Counted from the stretch's first letter, positions 50,914-60,597 are shown. The stretch is DNA of 64,000 nt from Verrucomicrobiales bacterium (GCA_016793645.1 JAEUHD010000212.1:37-64036); one strand, 5' to 3'. Notes: a model not told the origin generated them from the letters alone. Made by a program: numbers and translations.

Positions 50914-51984
50914 ATGGTGGGCGGGATGTTTCTCGCCGGCCTCGGTTGTTCCGTGCCTTCAACGCGGTACCTGCAGACGGACTGTTGGGAAACCCTGCAG
51001 TCCGCGGCGGCCTACCACGAGCTCAACTCCAGGTCCCAGGCGCTCCTGCGAAAGGTCCTGCTCGGGAAGAACGGAATTGAAGCGCGTCACCTGTCGCTCG
51101 ACCGACTGGAGGATGCCTTTGTCCAGGAGCACGACGTGCTGCACCAGCGCTTCATCCGGAATGCACCCGTCCTGGCGACGACCGCGGCGGAACAGGCTCT
51201 GGAGGCTGCCGGCATTGGCGTCGGGGAAATCGACGCCGTGCTGGTCGCCACGTGCACCGGATATCTGTGTCCAGGCCTCACCAGCCATGTGGGCGAACGA
51301 CTCGGACTGAAACCCGGGGTCTTCGCGCTGGACCTGGTGGGACTCGGCTGCGGCGCCGCGGTGCCCACGCTCCGAACCGCCCAAAGCATCCTCGCCGCGG
51401 GTAACGCCCGGACGGTCCTCTGCATCTGCGTCGAAGTGTCCAGTGCGGCCTTCTACCTCGATGACGATCCCGGAGTGCTGATCAGCGCCTGTCTGTTCGG
51501 CGATGGCGCCGCCGCCGCCGTCTGCACCGCCTCATCCCCCAAACGAAGCCGGGCCGTCCGCTGGATCTCCGCCGCCTCCGACCTGTCCCCTTCCGACCGC
51601 GATGCGCTGCGCTTTGAGACGCGCGGGGGACGACTGCGCAACATCCTCACTCCCCAGGTGCCCGCGCTCGCCGGTGCACGCGTAGCAGCCCTCTGCCAGT
51701 CCATGCTGGCGGACGCAGGACTTCACCGGGATGCAATCCGGGAGTGGATCCTGCATCCGGGCGGACGCGACGTCCTGACCGCCCTCCAATCCGGACTCGG
51801 CCTTTCCGGGAACGACCTTCGCCACAGCGCCTCGGTCCTGAGGAACCACGGCAACATGAGCAGCCCCTGCGTGCTGTTCGCCCTTCGTTCCGCGCTCGAG
51901 GAAAACGCCCCGGGCGGTAGGTGGTGGCTCTCCAGCTTTGGCGCCGGATTCAGCTGTCATGGAGCCCTGCTCGCGGTGGATTAG
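50914..51984 (+). CDS. Type III polyketide synthase (chalcone/stilbene synthase superfamily; SrsA/ArsB-like)
   Basis: Cys-His-Asn triad contexts are VATCTGYLCPGL, HPGGRDVL and GNMSSPCVLFAL, plus C-terminal GFGAGFSCHGALL. The start is ATG 50914 or 50926. Confidence 0.88.
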   Translation: MVGGMFLAGLGCSVPSTRYLQTDCWETLQSAAAYHELNSRSQALLRKVLLGKNGIEARHLSLDRLEDAFVQEHDVLHQRFIRNAPVLATTAAEQALEAAGIGVGEIDAVLVATCTGYLCPGLTSHVGERLGLKPGVFALDLVGLGCGAAVPTLRTAQSILAAGNARTVLCICVEVSSAAFYLDDDPGVLISACLFGDGAAAAVCTASSPKRSRAVRWISAASDLSPSDRDALRFETRGGRLRNILTPQVPALAGARVAALCQSMLADAGLHRDAIREWILHPGGRDVLTALQSGLGLSGNDLRHSASVLRNHGNMSSPCVLFALRSALEENAPGGRWWLSSFGAGFSCHGALLAVD

Positions 51985-51999
51985 TCCCCGGTCCGAAAC

Positions 52000-52707
52000 A
52001 TGACCCGCCGCGTCCAACCGGAACTGCTCGACCAACTCCCCCCGGACGATGCCGCGGCCCGGGGATCCCGGCGCGATCTTCGTCGGATCAATCGTCTGAT
52101 GGGAAATGCCGGGGCGTTGATCTCGGGAATTCGCCGACTGCCACCCCCCGTTCCCCATCGACCGTGGACCGTCGTGGAAGCGGGAGCGGGCGACGGAACC
52201 CTTGCCGCCCGGGTTTGGGACCGGCTGCCGCCACCGCCGGGCGGGAGTCGAATCCTGCTGCTCGACCAGGTCAACGTCACGGAGCCCCAAGCCCTGAACC
52301 GACTGCGCGCGCGGAACTGGGATCCGGAAGTGCGGGTGATGCGCTTTGAGGACTGGTTGACTCCTCCTGTGTCCTCCCGGGTGGACCTGGTTTACGCCAA
52401 CTTGTTTCTCCACCATTTCGACTCCGGGGCCCTGGTGAGCCTTCTGTCCCAACTCGCCCAACGAACGGCGTCCGTCGTGTTGGTGGAACCCCGCCGTTCG
52501 GCCGTGGCCCTGCTGGGCGCCCGGATGCTGCGGTGGGTCGGATGCAATGCGGTGACCCGTCATGACGCCGTCCGGAGCGTTCATGCCGGATTTCGAGGCT
52601 CGGAGCTCTCCGAGGCATGGCCCCGTGACGGAACGTGGATACTTCAGGAGCGCGCCGCGGGACCCTTCGCACACACCTTCGTCGCCCGCAGAAGGGAGCC
52701 GCGATGA
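52000..52707 (+). CDS. SAM-dependent methyltransferase (SrsB-like position)
   Basis: VVEAGAGDGTLA motif I. Its stop overlaps the next start (ATGA at 52704). Confidence 0.8.
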   Translation: MTRRVQPELLDQLPPDDAAARGSRRDLRRINRLMGNAGALISGIRRLPPPVPHRPWTVVEAGAGDGTLAARVWDRLPPPPGGSRILLLDQVNVTEPQALNRLRARNWDPEVRVMRFEDWLTPPVSSRVDLVYANLFLHHFDSGALVSLLSQLAQRTASVVLVEPRRSAVALLGARMLRWVGCNAVTRHDAVRSVHAGFRGSELSEAWPRDGTWILQERAAGPFAHTFVARRREPR

Positions 52708-53753
52708 CGGAAGGCGGACCCATTCAAATCGCCGGGGGCGGCCTCGCGGGTCTTTCACTGGCATTGTCCCTGCGTTCCGCCGGAATTCCCGTCCAGGTCA
52801 CGGAGGCGGGACAATACCCGCGGCATCGGGTCTGCGGTGAATTCCTGAGCGGACGCGGACTGGAGATCCTCGGGAATCTGGGAATCCTCGCGCAGTGCCA
52901 GGCCGCCGGCGCGCGGATGGCGTCGACCGTCTGCTTCGCGACACCGCGTCAACTGGGCGTGGTTCGCCCCCTGCCCGAGCCCGCCCTCTGTCTGTCACGA
53001 CACCGCCTCGACGCCCTGCTTGCGTCGGAAGTGGCGTCCCGCGGCGGTGTGCTCAGGACCGGGATCCGGGTCGCAACCGGGACCCTGGGCGCGGGTTGGG
53101 TCCGCGCGACCGGTCGGAGAATTGCGACGCCGGGCGCGGCCTGTCGCTGGTTCGGAATCAAGGCCCATGCCACGGGAGTACCCCTGTCCGCCGATCTTGA
53201 AATGCATTTCTCCCCCGGCGCCTATGTCGGTCTCTGCCGTCTGGACGCCGACCGGGTGAATGTCTGTGGACTCTTCCGGAGGCGCCCCGGGGAACCCGAG
53301 TCCATGGCGGGCTCCATCCTCGACCGGTTGCGGGGTCCCGCGCACACACTTCTTCGGACACGCCTTCAGGACGCTCACTTTGATCCCGCGTCCGTCTGCT
53401 CGGTGGGCGGTTTGGATCTGCGCCTTCCCGGAGTTCATTCCCAGGGGGAACTCGTCCTCGGGGACGCCATCGCCATGATCCCGCCGCTGACCGGAAACGG
53501 AATGTCGCTGGCGCTGGAATCTTCGGATCTCGCGACCGGGCCGCTTGCGGACTTCGCACGGGGCCGCCGGCACTGGATCGACGCATGCCGCGAGGTTCAG
53601 CGCCGTCATCATGAGGCATTCTCCCGGCGTCTCCGGATCGCCGGACTGCTGCAGCGCCTTTTGTTTCTTCCGGTGGTGCCGTCCCTCCTGTTCCGCGCGA
53701 TCCCCAACGACGGGTTCCTGTGGCGCGCCCTGTTTGCCGCGACCCGCGCCTGA
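52704..53753 (+). CDS. FAD-dependent oxidoreductase/monooxygenase (SrsC-like position; geranylgeranyl-reductase-like)
   Basis: Start reset to MTEGGPIQIAGGGLAGLSLALSL (GxGxxG), followed by RHRVCGEFLSG. Confidence 0.8.
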   Translation: MTEGGPIQIAGGGLAGLSLALSLRSAGIPVQVTEAGQYPRHRVCGEFLSGRGLEILGNLGILAQCQAAGARMASTVCFATPRQLGVVRPLPEPALCLSRHRLDALLASEVASRGGVLRTGIRVATGTLGAGWVRATGRRIATPGAACRWFGIKAHATGVPLSADLEMHFSPGAYVGLCRLDADRVNVCGLFRRRPGEPESMAGSILDRLRGPAHTLLRTRLQDAHFDPASVCSVGGLDLRLPGVHSQGELVLGDAIAMIPPLTGNGMSLALESSDLATGPLADFARGRRHWIDACREVQRRHHEAFSRRLRIAGLLQRLLFLPVVPSLLFRAIPNDGFLWRALFAATRA

Positions 53754-53829
53754 GCGGGAATCCCGGATCGGTCTACTCCAACTTCCGCTTTCCTTCCCGA
53801 CCCGGGATGGAAATCATCCCCCCAGATCC

Positions 53830-54957
53830 ATGAAGTTCCCGAATCCCTCCCTGACCGCCCTCGCCACCGGTATCGTCCTGTTGAGCCTGCAGCCCCCGGC
53901 CGCAGCCCACCCGTCGACCAACGACTCCGCCGCCGGACCGGCCCCGCTGGCGCTTCCCGTCCTGCTGGAGACCCGGGGGCCGGTCCCCGCTCCCGCGCCC
54001 ACGGCGCCGGGTTCGGGGCTCAAGACGAGTGGCCAGGGTTTCTGGACCTTCGCGGCGGTGCCTGACGTGCTTCCGTTGCCGATCGAGACCCAGCCCTTCA
54101 TCAAGGGTGCCCACGGAACCGTGCTCGTCGACTATCCCACCGACACCCTGTACTGGGGACTCGAGAACATCGGCTTCGTCGGCTTCAGCAACCGTCTTTC
54201 CAGTTCGTGGGTGGTTCACGCCGGGCCGGAGCTCCGCCGCGGCAACCTGCACGGTGCCGACATCCTTGCCCGCTCCGGCAAACCGCCCCTCATTGCCGCA
54301 GCCGACAACGTCGAAGGAGAGGTCTATCTCACCGACACGACGTTCCAGAAGGTCGAGAAGCTCGGCATCCCCTCCCTGCCGCCCTATTCGGACAAGAAGG
54401 GATTCGCCCCCACGGACGTCGCCTTCACGGGAAGGAATGAGCTCTACGTCACCGACGGATACGGCAAGGCCTACTTCATGCCGACGACGCTGGAACCGTT
54501 TTCCTACACCGGGAAATATTTTGGAGGAAAGGCCATGTCCCAGACGCCGCACGGCATCACCTGGTCCCCCGCGGATCGGACCCTGCTGATCTCGGCCCGC
54601 CCGGAGGCACAGATCAAGCAGTGGAGTCCGGTGAAGGAACAATTCCTCCAGGTCCTGGGGCTGCCGGCCGGAAGCATCGTGTGCGATGTGGATCTCTGGG
54701 GCGACTACGCCCTCGCCGCCTGCCTCGACAGCGCCGCCGGAAAGCCGGGCGCTCTTTACATCGTCAACATGCGCAAGCGGGCCATCGTCAGCGTCGTGAA
54801 GCCCAAGGAGGAGCTGGGCTACGATTTTGCCCAGCACATGCATGACGCCTGCTGGTACGTTCCCAGAAAGGGGCGCACCCAGGACGTGTACATTGTGTTC
54901 ACCGCCTGGAATCCCGGTGGCATCGGCGCCCTGAAGCTGGTCCACGCGAATCCCTGA
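53830..54957 (+). CDS. Secreted hypothetical protein, probably a beta-propeller (NHL/TolB-like)
   Basis: Start reset to MKFPNPSLTALATGIVLLSLQPPAAA. Contains repeated ..LYVTDGYG.. / ..LYIVN.. strands. Confidence 0.55.
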   Translation: MKFPNPSLTALATGIVLLSLQPPAAAHPSTNDSAAGPAPLALPVLLETRGPVPAPAPTAPGSGLKTSGQGFWTFAAVPDVLPLPIETQPFIKGAHGTVLVDYPTDTLYWGLENIGFVGFSNRLSSSWVVHAGPELRRGNLHGADILARSGKPPLIAAADNVEGEVYLTDTTFQKVEKLGIPSLPPYSDKKGFAPTDVAFTGRNELYVTDGYGKAYFMPTTLEPFSYTGKYFGGKAMSQTPHGITWSPADRTLLISARPEAQIKQWSPVKEQFLQVLGLPAGSIVCDVDLWGDYALAACLDSAAGKPGALYIVNMRKRAIVSVVKPKEELGYDFAQHMHDACWYVPRKGRTQDVYIVFTAWNPGGIGALKLVHANP

Positions 54958-55077
54958 AGGTCAGTCCGGAAAGGCCCTGAGGCGCGGACGCCTCCCGGAA
55001 ACGGGGCGTGTCGGATCCACGGAGTCCTTTCCCCGGCATCCCGTCCGGCGCGGCGGGATTCCCGCAACCCCGCTAAC

Positions 55078-55147
55078 TGGGTAAGGTGCGAAACAATTTC
55101 GTTTCCCCGGGAGCCCGTGCGGACGCGAAATCCGGGCAAACCCTTAC
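55078..55147 (+). promoter_or_regulatory. Structured, paralog-conserved leader element upstream of 55214 (counterpart at about 60700-60752)
   Basis: GTAAGG (55081-86) pairs with CCTTAC (55142-47). This encloses CGAAA-caa-TTTCG and CCCGG..CCG-tg-CGG..CCGGG. The 9-mer CCCCGGGAG sits 109 nt before the ATG of the first paralog (55105) and 108 nt before the ATG of the second (60713). Confidence 0.35.
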
Positions 55148-55213
55148 TTACTTCAACCAACTGATTTTCGTAATCGGGCTTGTTTTCCCAACAAAACCTA
55201 GTTTTATGGGATC

Positions 55214-58200
55214 ATGAATGTTGAGCGCTTTGGACGCGCCCCCCATTTCTTTCACCTCCTGCTCCTGTGTTTTCTTCCGAGTGCGGCTGACGCACAATGG
55301 TTGACCGGAGGGCCCTCACCCCTCCCCGTCCGCGCTCCGCAGGCGGCGTACACCGTGGTGGACGCATTCCCGGGAATGCCGTTTCCGCTGGCGACCGACG
55401 CGCCCGTCACGCTCGCAACGCCCCCCGGAGGAACAAACGAACTCTTCGTCGGCGGCCTGTTTGGGCAGGTGTATGTGATCACCAATCTCACGGCGCCCAC
55501 CAAGACGCTGTTCCTCGACATTTCCGCGAAGACGTTCGCTCCCGGGGCCACCCTTTCGGAATCGGGCCTGGTCGGCCTGGCCTTCCATCCCCGGTACGCG
55601 CAGAACCGCTACTTCTATGTCTTCTACACGCGGACGAACCTCGTGGAGGGAAAAACGTATGATACGCTCTCGCGATTCGAGACGGATCCGGAGAATCCGT
55701 GGCGGGCGCTTCCGGATTCCGAGCACATCCTGATCTCCCAATGGGACCGACATGATGTTCATCAGGCGGGCGATCTCCACTTCGGAGCCGATGGCTACCT
55801 GTACGTGTCCCTGGGTGACGAGGGGACGCCGAATGACTTCTTCAAGAACAGCCAGCGGATCGATCAGAACTTCTTTTCTGGAATCCTCCGGATCGATGTC
55901 GACAGTCTTCCCGGAAACCTGCCGCCGAACCCCCATCCGTCCGTCGTCGGCGAATACAGGGTTCCCGCCGACAACCCGTTCGTCGGGGCCACGAGCTTCA
56001 ACGGGATTCCGGTCCCCCCCGAATCGGTCCGCACCGAGTTCTACGCGGTGGGACTGAGAAACCCCCACCGCTTCTCGATCGATTCCGCCACGGGGGAAAT
56101 CTACAGCGGGGACGTGGGGGCCTCCCGACTGGAGGAGGTCAACCGGATCGTCAAGGGCGGCAACTATGGCTGGGCGTATCTGGAGGGAAACCTCCGTTTC
56201 CCGGATGCGGCGATCGGCGCTCCGCCGCCAGGATTCACATCCATCCCGCCCATCTACAGCTACGCCCACACCGGTGACGATCCGAACTTCACAGGGCATG
56301 CGATCATCGGCGGCTTTGTCTATCGGGGGAAGGCCCATCCCGAACTGATCGGAAAGTACATCTTCGGGGACGTCTTCTCCTGCCACGTCTGGGCCATGAC
56401 GCTGAATCCGTCCGGCCCGCCCACGGTCACCCGCATCGCCACCGGCAACCGCGGAATGAGTTCCTTCGCCATCCACCCGGGCACCGGGGAGATTCTCCTG
56501 TGCGAACTCTTCGGAGGCAGGATTTCCAAACTTCAAAGAACCTCCGTCGAGGGGGACTCCACGCTTCCGCCGACCCTGGGAGAATCCCGGGTGTTCTCCG
56601 ATCTCGAAACGCTCACCCCGGCGGCGGGTGCGGTCCCCTACGATGTGATGTCCACCTTCTGGTCCGACAACGCCATCAAGCGCCGCTGGTTCTTCATGCA
56701 GAACGCCACCGACCGCATCCACCGGGAATCCGACGGCCAATGGAGCTACCCGACGGGCACCGTGTTCGTGAAGCACTTCGACTTTGAATTTGAAGTGGGG
56801 AATCCCGCCTCCCGCCGCCGACTGGAAACGCGGATCCTGATGAAGACCGAGGACGCCACCTATGGCATCACCTACAAGTGGCGGCCGGATGGACTCGAGG
56901 CGGACCTGGTTCCGGACTCCGGACTCGACGAATCCCTTCAGATCAACGACGGCGGCATTGTCCGAACCCAGGTCTGGCACTATCCGGGACGATCCGAGTG
57001 TCTGACCTGCCACAACAGCGGCGCGCGCCACGTCCTCGGATTCAATGCGCTCCAACTCAACCGGGACGTCCCTTCCGGGGATGGGACGCCGGTCAACCAA
57101 CTGGCCCTGCTTTCCCGCCTCGGTGTTTTCGACAATCCCGTCACCTCCCCGGAAAGTCTGCCGCACCTCTCCGCCATCACCGACACCGCGGCGTCGGTGG
57201 AGTCGAGGTTCAAGACCTACCTCGAAGTGAACTGCGCCTATTGCCATCTGCCCGGAGGCCTGGGACGTGGCGTCTGGGATGCCCGGTTCACGACCCCCTT
57301 GGATGAGTCCGGCATCATCAATGGAAGCGTCATTGACGACCTCGGCGTCCCCGGAGCCCGCGTCATCCGCCCCGGAGATCCCACCGCCTCCGTGATGTGG
57401 AAGCGTGTCGCCGAAATGGGCGCGGACCACATGCCGCCCCTCGGCACCTCGGTCCTGAACACGACGGGCATCGCGTTGTTGGAGCAGTTCATCCAGGGCT
57501 ATGTCACGGCCAGCGCGGACCGAACCGTCTGGCAGGTCGGCCAGGACTCCCCGCCGGGAACCCGGGCGACGCTGACCTTTGCGGAGTTCTCCCTGCCCAA
57601 CAACCGGAACGACGCCCCGCCCGGCGCGGTCACCCGGGAATTGGGGGACGCGGACTATGATCCCGATTCAAACCCCAAGGCGGATGACGACTATTACTTC
57701 AAGGGAACCTACCCGGCCGGCTTCAACGGCCTCACGGGGGAACGTGTCGTCTCCGCAGACGAACCGAGCTGGGCCTGGGAGCGCGCCCACACCCTCGGTG
57801 ATCCCGTCAACCGGATCCATTTTGTTCTCACCCCGGACCAGGTCGCCGAAGGGGCACGATTCCGACTCCGGTTTGAAATGTCCGCCGGCGGATACGCCGT
57901 GGACAACGTCCCGCGGTCGGGATTCAGCGCCCATGATTTCGTGGTTCGCTTCCGCAATGGAGACGGTGTGGAGACCACCCTCTACTCGCAAACCCTGACC
58001 CGGCCCACGGACACCACCGTGGATTTTCTCGGCACCACGGTCCATGCGACCGCCGGAGCCAACACCATCGAGTTCACGCGGACCGGCCCCGCGGCTCCGT
58101 CAACCTCCTACTGGATCGAATACGATGTGGTTCGACTGGAACAACTGGTCCACGCGAACTCCGCGCCGGAATTTTCCGAGGCCGATCCGCAGACAATTCC

Positions 58201-60385
58201 GGAACTGCTTCCCTGGACCTGGAACGTGACCGCCACCGACGTGGATGCCGAGGACGAGCTCACCTACTCGCTGGTGAGCGGACCCGCAGGCATGACCCTG
58301 ACGCCCGCCGGGGAGCTGTCCTGGACACCCACCGAAGCACAGGGACCATCCACCAACCTCGTGACGGTGCGGGTCATGGACAATGGATTCCCACGGCTCA
58401 GCGCCGTGCAACAGGTGGTCGTAATCGTGCTGGAGGTACCCGATCCCGTATCCGGGCCGCGCACGACCTGGCAGATTGGGGACGATGCTCCCCCCGGATC
58501 GAAGCCCCCCACCACCGTCGCGGAATTCTCAATGCAGAACGCCCGGAGGGACGCGCCTCCAGGGGAGGTCACCCGACTCCCGGACGATCCCGAGTTCCTC
58601 GGCGAGGCCAACCCGGGACCGGATGACGACTTCTATTTCGCGGGCTTCTACCCGGCAGGCTTCAATGGCCTGGAGGTGGATCGAATCGTTCCGGTGGACG
58701 AACCCGCATCGGCATGGGAGAGAGCCCACACGCTGGGGGATCCGGTCAACCGATTCCACTTCGTCCTCAGCCCGGTGCAGGTGGCGGAAGGTTCGCGATT
58801 CCGCCTTCGCTTCGAGCTTCCCACCGGGGGAAGTTCGGAACCCGGATCCGGGTTTGGAGCCCACGACTTCGAGGTCCGGTTCCTGAATGGCGCGGGGGCG
58901 GCCACGACCCTGTTCTCCCAGCACCTGACGCAGCCCACGGATGCGACCGTCGAGTTTCTTGCGACGGACGTCGCCGCAACGCCCGGACCGAACACCATTG
59001 AACTGGTCCGGACCGGACCGTCCGCCGACGAGACCTCCTATTGGCTCGAGTACGATGTCGTTCGACTCGAAGCCCTCGGCGGCGCCGCGAACACCGCCCC
59101 CTCCTTCGTCGCACCCGGAACACAAACCATTCCGGAACTGACCCCCTGGTCGATGCCGGTGCCGGCCCACGATGCCGATGTTCCCGCCAACATTCTCACT
59201 TATAAACTCCTGGGCGGTCCCGAGGGAATGGGCATCGGAAAGTACGATGGGCTCCTTTCCTGGACACCCGGCGAAACCCAGGGACCGTCCACCAACCTGA
59301 TCACTGTCCAGGTCACCGACAATGGAACCCCACCCCTCAGCGAGACCGTCCAGTTCACCGTGGTGGTCGAGGAGCTGGAGGATGTTGCCGGGGCTCCGCG
59401 CAACGTTTGGAAGATTGGGGAGGACGCCCCGGTGGGCGCCACCCTCCGTTCCAATTATTCGGAGTTCTCGCCCCCGAACTACAGGAACGATCCCCGTCCC
59501 GGTCACGTGACCCGTCTGCCGGATGATCCGCTTTACGTGGCCGAGTCCAATCCGAAGGCCGACGATGATTTCTACTTCAAGGGGGACTATCCCGCCGGAT
59601 TCAATGGTTTGTCCGAAGCCCTTCCGGTCCCGAACGACGAGCCAGCGTCCGCATGGGAGTATGATCACACGCGAGGGGATGCCACGAACCGATTCCACTT
59701 CATCCTCTCCCCGGAACAGGTGGCGCCCGGCGCGCGGTTCCGCATCAGCATGGAGTTCCCGACCGGCGGCCGGAGAATTGGCAACAAGATCGCCCCCGGC
59801 TTCGGGACTCACGACATGGTCGTGCGATTCCGCAATGAGGCGGGACGGGAGACCGTTCTCCAATCCGTACGCCTGACCCAGGGTTCCCGGTTGTGGACGG
59901 ATTTCACGGCCGCGGACGTCGGTGCGAATGTCGGGCCGAACACGATTGATATCGTCCGGGTCGGCCCCCGGGTGGAGGGCGAGCAGCCCTGGATCACCTA
60001 CGATTTCGTCCGGTTGGAGTCGCTCGTGACGCCAAGCCCGGGTGAGGTCGCGAGCGTCGAACCGACGACGGAAGCTCCGCGGGTCGCCGCCTTCTCCCCT
60101 GCCCCGCGGGCCGTCCGGGCACCCGCACTGAAGCCGGGCTCGATCACCGCGGCAGGCGGCGAGTATCTCACCCTCACCTACGCGCGTCCCTCCGGGGTGA
60201 AGCACCAGGTGGAGGTCAGCGAGGATCTCCTGACCTGGACTCCGGCAACGGTGGTCAAAATCGCGGAGACCCAGGTGGACGGAAAATGGATGGTCACGGT
60301 CCGCGACACGGTTCCCGTCGGGGAGGGACGTCATCGGTTCCTCCGCCTCCGGGTGTCGGCAACGGGCTCGCAGGTCGCGGAGTGA
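55214..60385 (+). CDS. Giant secreted fusion protein: PQQ-type soluble sugar dehydrogenase propeller, then a di-CxxCH (HNE_0200-like) domain, then 3 copies of a novel module interleaved with 2 cadherin-like domains, then a C-terminal beta-sandwich tail
   Basis: Signal peptide LLLLCFLPSAADA. SGDH motifs: GLVGLAFHPRYAQNRYFYVFYT, HQAGDLHFGADGYLYVSLGDEG, GLRNPHRFSID..GDVG...EEVN..KGGNYGW. CLTCH lies at 56999-57013 and CAYCH at 57233-57247, within ..YDVMSTFWSDNAIKRRWF...PTGTVFVKHF...LETRILM... Repeats begin at 57521, 58460 and 59399. Confidence 0.9.
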   Translation: MNVERFGRAPHFFHLLLLCFLPSAADAQWLTGGPSPLPVRAPQAAYTVVDAFPGMPFPLATDAPVTLATPPGGTNELFVGGLFGQVYVITNLTAPTKTLFLDISAKTFAPGATLSESGLVGLAFHPRYAQNRYFYVFYTRTNLVEGKTYDTLSRFETDPENPWRALPDSEHILISQWDRHDVHQAGDLHFGADGYLYVSLGDEGTPNDFFKNSQRIDQNFFSGILRIDVDSLPGNLPPNPHPSVVGEYRVPADNPFVGATSFNGIPVPPESVRTEFYAVGLRNPHRFSIDSATGEIYSGDVGASRLEEVNRIVKGGNYGWAYLEGNLRFPDAAIGAPPPGFTSIPPIYSYAHTGDDPNFTGHAIIGGFVYRGKAHPELIGKYIFGDVFSCHVWAMTLNPSGPPTVTRIATGNRGMSSFAIHPGTGEILLCELFGGRISKLQRTSVEGDSTLPPTLGESRVFSDLETLTPAAGAVPYDVMSTFWSDNAIKRRWFFMQNATDRIHRESDGQWSYPTGTVFVKHFDFEFEVGNPASRRRLETRILMKTEDATYGITYKWRPDGLEADLVPDSGLDESLQINDGGIVRTQVWHYPGRSECLTCHNSGARHVLGFNALQLNRDVPSGDGTPVNQLALLSRLGVFDNPVTSPESLPHLSAITDTAASVESRFKTYLEVNCAYCHLPGGLGRGVWDARFTTPLDESGIINGSVIDDLGVPGARVIRPGDPTASVMWKRVAEMGADHMPPLGTSVLNTTGIALLEQFIQGYVTASADRTVWQVGQDSPPGTRATLTFAEFSLPNNRNDAPPGAVTRELGDADYDPDSNPKADDDYYFKGTYPAGFNGLTGERVVSADEPSWAWERAHTLGDPVNRIHFVLTPDQVAEGARFRLRFEMSAGGYAVDNVPRSGFSAHDFVVRFRNGDGVETTLYSQTLTRPTDTTVDFLGTTVHATAGANTIEFTRTGPAAPSTSYWIEYDVVRLEQLVHANSAPEFSEADPQTIPELLPWTWNVTATDVDAEDELTYSLVSGPAGMTLTPAGELSWTPTEAQGPSTNLVTVRVMDNGFPRLSAVQQVVVIVLEVPDPVSGPRTTWQIGDDAPPGSKPPTTVAEFSMQNARRDAPPGEVTRLPDDPEFLGEANPGPDDDFYFAGFYPAGFNGLEVDRIVPVDEPASAWERAHTLGDPVNRFHFVLSPVQVAEGSRFRLRFELPTGGSSEPGSGFGAHDFEVRFLNGAGAATTLFSQHLTQPTDATVEFLATDVAATPGPNTIELVRTGPSADETSYWLEYDVVRLEALGGAANTAPSFVAPGTQTIPELTPWSMPVPAHDADVPANILTYKLLGGPEGMGIGKYDGLLSWTPGETQGPSTNLITVQVTDNGTPPLSETVQFTVVVEELEDVAGAPRNVWKIGEDAPVGATLRSNYSEFSPPNYRNDPRPGHVTRLPDDPLYVAESNPKADDDFYFKGDYPAGFNGLSEALPVPNDEPASAWEYDHTRGDATNRFHFILSPEQVAPGARFRISMEFPTGGRRIGNKIAPGFGTHDMVVRFRNEAGRETVLQSVRLTQGSRLWTDFTAADVGANVGPNTIDIVRVGPRVEGEQPWITYDFVRLESLVTPSPGEVASVEPTTEAPRVAAFSPAPRAVRAPALKPGSITAAGGEYLTLTYARPSGVKHQVEVSEDLLTWTPATVVKIAETQVDGKWMVTVRDTVPVGEGRHRFLRLRVSATGSQVAE
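57521..60025 (+). repeat. In-frame tandem repeat with an exact 939-nt (313-aa) period, 2.67 units (coding)
   Basis: The landmark codons R-T-(V/T)-W (R-N-V-W in unit 3) start at 57521, 58460 and 59399. Each unit is an approximately 215-aa module plus a cadherin-like domain of about 95 aa. Unit 3 lacks the cadherin part. Confidence 0.9.
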
Positions 60386-60597
60386 TCCCGCACAATCCGG
60401 CAACAATCCCGAGTTGCCAGCGAGCCTTCCGCTGAAGCGGGGCTCTCGGAACTCGACGCCGCTCGGCACCCACCGCGCTCGTCAAGGCGCCCCCCCCACG
60501 CGGGTGGTCGCGGCTGAGCCGACGCGGACCGCCGGCGACAGCGCCGCCGCCTGCCGGGAATTCGCGGGAAGCCCCGAATTGCTGGCGGTGAGTCATA

